Origin: Flectonema sp. DT1601
Taxonomy: Eukaryota
Reading direction: 5' to 3'
NCBI GenBank assembly: GCA_964019425.1
Contig: OZ025786.1
Coordinates: 372,001-436,000 of the forward strand
Length of the DNA: 64,000 bases
Shown piece after piece: positions 58,001 to 64,000 of this stretch (within the stretch, counting starts at the first letter, position 1; each line of letters begins with the position of its first letter). The position numbers were made by a program, and so were the translations under genes. The notes under the pieces were generated by a model, which was not told the origin of the DNA, ran no database searches, and saw only the letters and a program-made list of their open reading frames with translations.

Positions 58001-60697
58001 TTCGTGATTGAACCCCACCCCGCAGCATACTTAGGACATAATTTAAGAATAACAATGCCTGTAGTTAGGGACACTGCAGTTTTACCGGAGGCTTTTACAC
58101 TGAATTTAACAGTAACTCAACGTGCTTTGACTGTCGGAAGGGATGCTGAAACACTTCAAAATGTACCAGGTTTACAATCATCAACATTAGTACCAATTAG
58201 ACTTTATCATCCTGTTATAGAACCAACTATTGCAAGTAGATTGATGGTCATTCAGCAACCAGAACTGAATTCGTTGACGTCTTTTCAATCGACTTTTCAA
58301 TTACAAAATTCATTTGGCACACCAATCTTAGCAGAAGCAACGATAACAATTACTATAACTAATATTCAAAACTCTGGCACATCACCGCTCACTACTCTGA
58401 CTAGTGATGGAACACCACAAAGCGACTACTTAGTATCGGGGACAGGTTTGTCTGCCGGAGTATACTTTTTAGATGCGACAGCCGTTCTATTTGATATTCC
58501 GATGACTACATTAACCGTCCGATCAGATCTCTTTACTATCGGAAATAGAAACATTTCATATTCCACATATTTAAATTCTATCGTTGTTTCATCAGTTTCG
58601 GAACATCAAGTTCGAACCCAACTGCCGTCAATTTTATCCATTGCTACTGCAAGTAACGGAGTTTGGAATCAAAAATTACAACAAGCTGTATTGCCTTGTT
58701 CTTTGTATACCGGTACTGCAAACAGAGATATAAAGACTTTATATGCTAATGAGATTGTGTGTACGTCAGTATTGCAAGGGGGTAATTCGAGATTGGCTGT
58801 GTCGTTTGAAATCCTTGATAAGAATAATGCGTTTAACATCGATTCAGATAGCTCATTGGCGATTTCATTGCCGACTCAGGCAGTGGTGTTATCTGATGGG
58901 TCATTTGATACAATAACAACACCAATAATAGTAGCAATTAGCAGAGCTCCTGTTATAGCAGTAGTCATTCCAGAGCCTCTAGACACGCAAAGCATTCGAA
59001 AAATTGGACAAAAGTTTTATGTAAATCTGCAAAAACCATCATCAGCATCAGATAAAAGTTATTTATGGCGTCTTGAGTCGACTTCTCTTATAAAAACAGC
59101 AATAACTGAGGTCACAGATGAGGACAACTCTCTTTTTAATATCAGGAAATCGATTACTCTAACGGCGAATATTAAAACGAATGACTCTCTTGAAGTACTT
59201 CTGGGACCTGATGATGGTTTCTATCCTCAAACAGGTGACGTTAACAATACAAAGGAAGAGATAATTCTCACATTGCTACCGGAATTATTGATTGAGGCAA
59301 TTGAAAACTCACAGGGAGTTCAGCCTGAATACATTCCGAACTCAGACTTTAAAATTAGTATCACAGATGAGATGGGTACATCTGCTGGAGAGAAGTCTCC
59401 TGAAACTGAATGGGTGTTACCAGCCCTGCTTTTAGGAATCGTATCTCTCTGTTGTGGTATCGTTGCTGGGGCTGTTGCTGGTGGCATTGCTTCCACAGTA
59501 CCTCCAGTTTTAGTAGCTGCTTTGTCAAAGGGTTGCAAGTCACACTTAGCAGGTGCTATAGGCGGATTTTCAGAAGGTACAAGTTGGATGTTAAATATAT
59601 TGTCGATAAACGATAAATCTTATTGGGGTAATCTTATCATAGCTCTGGGTGTTGTTTTGATTCACTTAGTCGTGACTGGCGTTGTTAAATTAATACAAAA
59701 AACTACATTCAGAGAAGCTTCTGAAACAACACGATTCCCTTCAGCAACTCTTCCTGTGATTGTAGTACTGGCGGTGGGGGTCATCTTCGGGGGACCCAGC
59801 TCTATTGCAGGTGCTATTTGCGCTGTTGTAATTATAGCTGCTCTGTTTGGGGTTTGGTTATTAATATTTAAGAGAATTCGACAACAGTCACCTCCACACC
59901 GATTATCATCATTTCATAACTTTTCGAAATCTTCCCTTTACGAATTTGAAAAAACTGATAAAAAGCCTTCATGTACAGAGATGCCTTTCATGTGGCTAAG
60001 CACCTACCAGTTTGGCTTTATATATCAAGCATTGGCCATAAAAAATCCATCTTGGTTATTGATAGACTTAGCATGTCTTGTAATTGTGATTCCTTTCATA
60101 GCTGGTTGGGCTCCGACTGATCGAACTAATTTGCAAGTTCAAACCCTGCTGGTAGCGATTATTTTGATAGTGTGGTGTGTGAGCAATCAGATATTTAATG
60201 TTAGAAATACTCGATTAACAACTGTGTTGTTAACCGTTGTGTATTTGTTAATATCAGTGGGGGTGTTGATGTTATTATTATCTCATGCCGTCAGTGACGA
60301 GTCTGACGTCAATCCACCGTACGGCACTGCTGCTGCAGTTATGTTTCTGTTAGCATTAATTGTACACATAGTCAGCTGTATTATAATTGTTTATGTGCTT
60401 ATCCGTACCTTGAAGAGGTACAATACGACTGCGGCATCTGAAATCGAATTACAACGTTCATCATCTCCGATACCTCTCACAAAGACAATAAAGACAGAAT
60501 CAGATATGTACATAAACCCAATTGATGGTGCGTTTTCTCCATCGTCAACTTTGCACACTGTGTCTTCATCTAGTCTTCCTATTGAATCCGTTGTGAAAGA
60601 AACAAATCCTCGTGAGGCCTGTTCTTGTGGTTCAGACCTGGGTGACATTGTTGGGACATATTGTAAGAATTGTGGTGGAGTTGTATACGACTCCTGA
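55094..60697 (+). CDS. Large membrane protein with ~6 cadherin/Ig-like repeats and a multi-pass C-terminus
   Basis: ~120-aa units bounded by NHNPSF, ANDPPSF, VNDPPTF, VNDPPSY, VNDPPMF, VSDPPTF and VDDPP, each with V.ED(S); hydrophobic N-terminus; several C-terminal TMs. Confidence 0.85.
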   Translation: MIPIIALLVIESIFTPPFFDYVLENDAIGIIIPSQSKSESIFIVKGDEDCVSGNKKKPINVSKMGNYYKCDVDIPVSWKSNWNGFRVCFEEGNNLIQLYHSSDEVESTERSVTSLYHTYNSNPVAVGNHNPSFLLRGYDITVDEDSGAYLLGDEYAEQIDDNNNFSQAVRFKLTNSNEDLFDVQPHIIGCNQLKCRQNINNPTTTGALHFSVAPNRFGRALVEVIAIDDGIEPPVCDGNPLVMMMGMMVKCVPVDCDPALCTNSDPQYFWIDVIPANDPPSFNHKGDVTSPEDQPTCHDAWATDITSGGWGEDFMQQDAQPLTFTITNPNPDLFRVQPNLNYNQGDVTASLCYEPAPNKVGQATISIDLRDGGNPPLSFATQFITITIEEVNDPPTFTPLLSSVRVLEDSGAYSQLYSKDMVPGPPEEIDAGQRVQGFVITFQNIAQSGLFEKQPEIDPVSGMLSFTPGKNKNTFHQPVNLKVVLVDRVDAPKIPLESEEQMLSIDITPVNDPPSYNPPNGDTSIVVWEDEPLDHSIPWATQICPGGVQPNDCAEDEADPQGEAQVITFTLTQTDLDQTSDPPLYWKPNGEPRMDSTGHVNFEILPDKVGETFFTVEQRDSGAAPNSGPVHSLVIKVMPVNDPPMFILSTETITLFEDSSRFELKYFLKNITKGPAEPDENSQTIRCWVTVDKPELFHPLQGEPVISLDLADTVGHISLIPAPNQKGAAECTVTCQDSGGTVHGGDDTTTSTKFSIIIKDVSDPPTFTVPTAVIVDEDSAPFGHILPNTITNITAGFNEDGAQSVRFEVTTYDLRLFENSGLPQISPDGTLQFQLKPNINGNSLVDVVAIESVISGPEVNTSDPFYVNTDLRSNITKLNITVLPVDDPPIISFNTSTLKRDAQGVIQPFSIQTCMSPDTPGGSTCTVFIMNLFKTISVGPLDETSSSVISQTADVSQSVGLITSAEVTGFVIEPHPAAYLGHNLRITMPVVRDTAVLPEAFTLNLTVTQRALTVGRDAETLQNVPGLQSSTLVPIRLYHPVIEPTIASRLMVIQQPELNSLTSFQSTFQLQNSFGTPILAEATITITITNIQNSGTSPLTTLTSDGTPQSDYLVSGTGLSAGVYFLDATAVLFDIPMTTLTVRSDLFTIGNRNISYSTYLNSIVVSSVSEHQVRTQLPSILSIATASNGVWNQKLQQAVLPCSLYTGTANRDIKTLYANEIVCTSVLQGGNSRLAVSFEILDKNNAFNIDSDSSLAISLPTQAVVLSDGSFDTITTPIIVAISRAPVIAVVIPEPLDTQSIRKIGQKFYVNLQKPSSASDKSYLWRLESTSLIKTAITEVTDEDNSLFNIRKSITLTANIKTNDSLEVLLGPDDGFYPQTGDVNNTKEEIILTLLPELLIEAIENSQGVQPEYIPNSDFKISITDEMGTSAGEKSPETEWVLPALLLGIVSLCCGIVAGAVAGGIASTVPPVLVAALSKGCKSHLAGAIGGFSEGTSWMLNILSINDKSYWGNLIIALGVVLIHLVVTGVVKLIQKTTFREASETTRFPSATLPVIVVLAVGVIFGGPSSIAGAICAVVIIAALFGVWLLIFKRIRQQSPPHRLSSFHNFSKSSLYEFEKTDKKPSCTEMPFMWLSTYQFGFIYQALAIKNPSWLLIDLACLVIVIPFIAGWAPTDRTNLQVQTLLVAIILIVWCVSNQIFNVRNTRLTTVLLTVVYLLISVGVLMLLLSHAVSDESDVNPPYGTAAAVMFLLALIVHIVSCIIIVYVLIRTLKRYNTTAASEIELQRSSSPIPLTKTIKTESDMYINPIDGAFSPSSTLHTVSSSSLPIESVVKETNPREACSCGSDLGDIVGTYCKNCGGVVYDS

Positions 60698-61100
60698 TGT
60701 CAGTTCAATTAGTTTTATAAAAGACACCTGCCATCATTCGATTCCCTCTTATCCTGTTTGGTATTCTCCCGAGATTAACTTTTTGGGGAAGCTCACGTGT
60801 GAATCCACAAACTTTATTTCTTATTCTTGATAACCAGAATATTTGGTAAACGAAAAAAAAAAAGAAGTTTTGATTATTATTTCTTTTATATGTCATATTA
60901 TGTTATGTTGTTTCTTATTCTATTCTGGTGATGAAAATCGATCGAATCCTGTCTTTGCGTTCATCGATATTCCCATTTTCCTTAGTCATATGTCGTTGTA
61001 GAAGTACTTTTCATTTAGTTTTGTAAGTTTGCTCGTTAGTGAAGCAATTCTTCAACAATAACATAAATAATTACTTTTCATCAGGAGGGAATAGTAATTA

Positions 61101-61745
61101 ATGTTAGGAGGATGGGGACTACGACTTCAGGATCTTACCAATGCAATTTACGACTCATCAAAACAAATTGCTGAAGAGAATGAAAAACTCATCGCTCTAC
61201 TTTGTTTTTGTAAAGACATGCAAGTTGACCTTCACTTTATTAAAGAAAAACAACGAGAAATAATAAAAGAACGAGGGATAACGACTTGCATAACACACAA
61301 AGACTTAGATATGAGATTAGTTGAAAAATTCGCTCAAAAAGTTAACGATCTGGGACTCGAACTTAACACTTTGAAGGAAACACATCAATGGTCCTTCAAC
61401 TGCATGCTTCATAATTATTTAAGGTCTCATCAGAGTGATGTTGATCACTACACTAAAAAGATTACACACGAAATTAAAAGTACTCCAAGAAACCTCTCTA
61501 ACTACGATGACGTCGTTGCACTTAAAACTGCTGCAAGAAATGACTTGAAAATAATTAAGAATGGTTACACTCAAATACACCAGACGTATATGGACAGGAA
61601 TGAATCGGTCGTTGAGAACGAACGATTCTTTAGAGAAATTACTGAAAATGTTGAAGCAACTTTGAGACATTGCAATGAATTTCTGGACACTATTCACGGG
61701 ATAGTTCCCAAGAGGGAGAGGAAAAAATGGGTATTTTTAATATGA
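61101..61745 (+). CDS. Hypothetical helical/coiled-coil protein
   Basis: 214-aa ORF of normal composition after a tttcatcag acceptor-like site. Confidence 0.6.
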   Translation: MLGGWGLRLQDLTNAIYDSSKQIAEENEKLIALLCFCKDMQVDLHFIKEKQREIIKERGITTCITHKDLDMRLVEKFAQKVNDLGLELNTLKETHQWSFNCMLHNYLRSHQSDVDHYTKKITHEIKSTPRNLSNYDDVVALKTAARNDLKIIKNGYTQIHQTYMDRNESVVENERFFREITENVEATLRHCNEFLDTIHGIVPKRERKKWVFLI

Positions 61746-62003
61746 TTGAGAGAGAAAAGTTGTTTGTAATTTAAAAAAAAAAAAAAAAACAGACAACCAA
61801 CATATGTCTACGGATAAGCTAACCTGTGGAGTGTTACATGTGATTTGGTTTACACTTTGTTAGACTAAAAGTGTTTTTTTTGATTACCTCCGAGACACTA
61901 TTTTCTTACTTTCAATCACAAAGCTCTAATACATAACTATGTGGACGTCTGTGATTTTACTTTAGACATTTTATTTTTTTTCAGATTTCAAAAAATAAAA
62001 ATT

Positions 62004-63767
62004 ATGGAAATTTTCATTGACAACACTTCAACAGGAGAAGTGTACACTTTGAATGTCACTGCAGACATGCGACTAAGGGAAGCCTGTGATGAAATATCCA
62101 ACCAAAGTGGAATAGACCCAAACCTAATAGCACTCCTCTACGAAGGAGAAAATATTGTGAAATTAATCGGAAACGATCCGCTTGTTAGTCTTGGAATCTC
62201 TGGTGGTGAGAATATGCAATTATCTCTTTCGATAAAAGCCCAAGCAATAAAAGATCTCTCAAGAATTGGTATAACAATTTGTAAGGATACGAACTATGAC
62301 TTTGAGCTACAAGTTATCATCAGAGGTGATTATCACGGTTCACGAATTGAACTGTTGAAACTAATGGACCAAGCTGGTGTTTCTATAACTAATTCCCACA
62401 AAGTCTTATCACGAGCATTGAGACATGAAGAGCTATTTATAAAACTACTCGAAATGGGAGGTAACATCAACTGCGTAAACCCTCGTGGTGAGACACTCTT
62501 TCATAATTGTCTTAATCATGACACGCAGATATTTAGAATGTTGACGAGACTAAACGCCGACTTACAAATGACAACGTCAGCAATCCATCCTCTTCTTTTA
62601 GCTGTAATTCATTATAATTATGATTTTATTCAAGCGTGTCTTGGTAATATGGACCTTGATGCTCCACGTGACATCAACGGTAAAACTGCACTTCACATTG
62701 CCGTCTCAAAAAACCATCAATCAATAGATGTGTTACTTGAAGGTGGTGCTTCCTTACTTATAAAAGATCACAATGGGTTTAATGCTGTTCATCATTCTAT
62801 GAGTAGCTGTGAAAACACAATCACTCTACTTAGTAAGCATGCAGACTTTAAAGAAGCATTGAGAGCTAAAGATAATTACGGCAGAACTCCTAGATTTGTT
62901 CTTCAAACCGAAGAGTGCAGAAAGTACAATTTAGTTTTACTTGGTGTTTTTGAAGAAAATGGCATTACGACGTCTCCTCCGGATAATAATGGAAATACAG
63001 TTCTTCACTTTCAAGCGGAATTTGATGAGATTAGCCATAGCGAAGCACCTGCTATGGGAGATTTCTCTGCAGTTAACTGCAATGGTGACACACCGATTCT
63101 CTGTGCAATTCGTAAAGGGAATTCAAAAGCTGTTAAGGACCTTTTGGTATTAGGTCCTAAGAATATTGTAAATGATAAATCCAGACAAGGGAATACAACA
63201 CTCCACTGTGCTGTCATTAATCTTAAAGTGGATGTGATGTTTATGTTATTAGAAGCTGGGGTTGATATTACTGCTTGTAACTGTGCTGGAAAAACTGCTT
63301 TCGACATCACAAACGGTCATGTCTTAAAACAAGTATTAAACAGATTCGAAAATAAAACACCGCCTCCGAGTGGAGTTAACGAAAAAATAAAATATAAGCA
63401 AAAAACCAAATCTCAAAGTGGGGGTTTTTCAATTCGTGAGGTGGGTTTTGTTGTGTTAGCACTCTGTTGGTTTTTGTTGTTATTATTCCCTGACTTGGTT
63501 ACTTTCATTGTTGAGTACGTTGGAGGTTACTCCATGATAACTTCTGTGGTTTCTGTGATTTCTGAGAGACATGAAATACTAAAAATATCGAATTACACTT
63601 CTGCTCTATCTGAGCAGGTTGCCAACAAATTATCTTCTCTTAACATTTCGTATGTTGAATATGCTGCTGACGTTGAAAGTCCCTTTTCATACCTCCCCTC
63701 GGTTGCTACATGGATTAATGATGGCTTAATGGCGGTATGTCGTAAAGCGAGTATCCTTTTTATGTGA
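62004..63767 (+). CDS. Ubiquitin-like + ankyrin-repeat protein with a C-terminal TM segment
   Basis: MEIFIDNTSTGEVYTLNV..LLYEG..LVSLGISGGE (UBL); GKTALHIAV, GNTVLHF, GDTPILCAI, GNTTLHCAV (ankyrin). Confidence 0.88.
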   Translation: MEIFIDNTSTGEVYTLNVTADMRLREACDEISNQSGIDPNLIALLYEGENIVKLIGNDPLVSLGISGGENMQLSLSIKAQAIKDLSRIGITICKDTNYDFELQVIIRGDYHGSRIELLKLMDQAGVSITNSHKVLSRALRHEELFIKLLEMGGNINCVNPRGETLFHNCLNHDTQIFRMLTRLNADLQMTTSAIHPLLLAVIHYNYDFIQACLGNMDLDAPRDINGKTALHIAVSKNHQSIDVLLEGGASLLIKDHNGFNAVHHSMSSCENTITLLSKHADFKEALRAKDNYGRTPRFVLQTEECRKYNLVLLGVFEENGITTSPPDNNGNTVLHFQAEFDEISHSEAPAMGDFSAVNCNGDTPILCAIRKGNSKAVKDLLVLGPKNIVNDKSRQGNTTLHCAVINLKVDVMFMLLEAGVDITACNCAGKTAFDITNGHVLKQVLNRFENKTPPPSGVNEKIKYKQKTKSQSGGFSIREVGFVVLALCWFLLLLFPDLVTFIVEYVGGYSMITSVVSVISERHEILKISNYTSALSEQVANKLSSLNISYVEYAADVESPFSYLPSVATWINDGLMAVCRKASILFM

Positions 63768-64000
63768 TGTGAATGTTATCTTTTATCTCCGTCGTTGTGA
63801 AGTAACAATTACTAGAGTACTTCTGTTCTTCTTGTGGAACTCATTGAAATCTTTTTTCTCTTCTTTTGTATTTAACAAGTACACGTAAACCTCCTTTAGC
63901 TTTATCGGTTTAAGTCGGTTCACGGTTTTGTGCAAAAACAAAGTGTTTGATGCCCCGATGATTCACATTATCGGCTTGCGTTTTTCCACTATTTGTTTAA

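Overview
Eukaryotic nuclear DNA, most likely a diplonemid (Euglenozoa). The organism call is inferred from a BILBO1-type domain, euglenozoan-like rRNA fragments, every credible gene lying on the + strand, T-rich putative trans-splice acceptors, and short GT-AG cis-introns. Ordinary genes: FHA/SNIP1-like, fatty-acid amide hydrolase, RRM+YTH protein, NAP/SET-like, MFS transporter, BILBO1-like, beta-COP, PT-repeat membrane protein, amidohydrolase, SLC34 fusion, cadherin-like repeat membrane protein and UBL-ankyrin proteins. There are two accessory zones. (1) About 21.8-32.6 kb: a rearranged duplication of a UBL-ankyrin locus with a piggyBac-like TTAA element holding a gene fragment, a poly(A)/TSD-marked pre-18S rRNA retrocopy and a LINE 3' end. 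(2) About 36.5-50.3 kb: a ~3.5-3.8 kb tandem array. Each unit has a spliced HMG-box gene whose copies differ almost only by amino-acid-changing substitutions, a 5' piece of the SLC34 gene, and a 5'-truncated Penelope-like retroelement. The best candidate for a new system is this retroelement: its RT thumb is fused to a Josephin-like protease domain, and its 211-bp 3' repeats contain a hammerhead ribozyme in a non-circularly permuted strand order. All domain calls come from reading motifs by eye; no searches were run.
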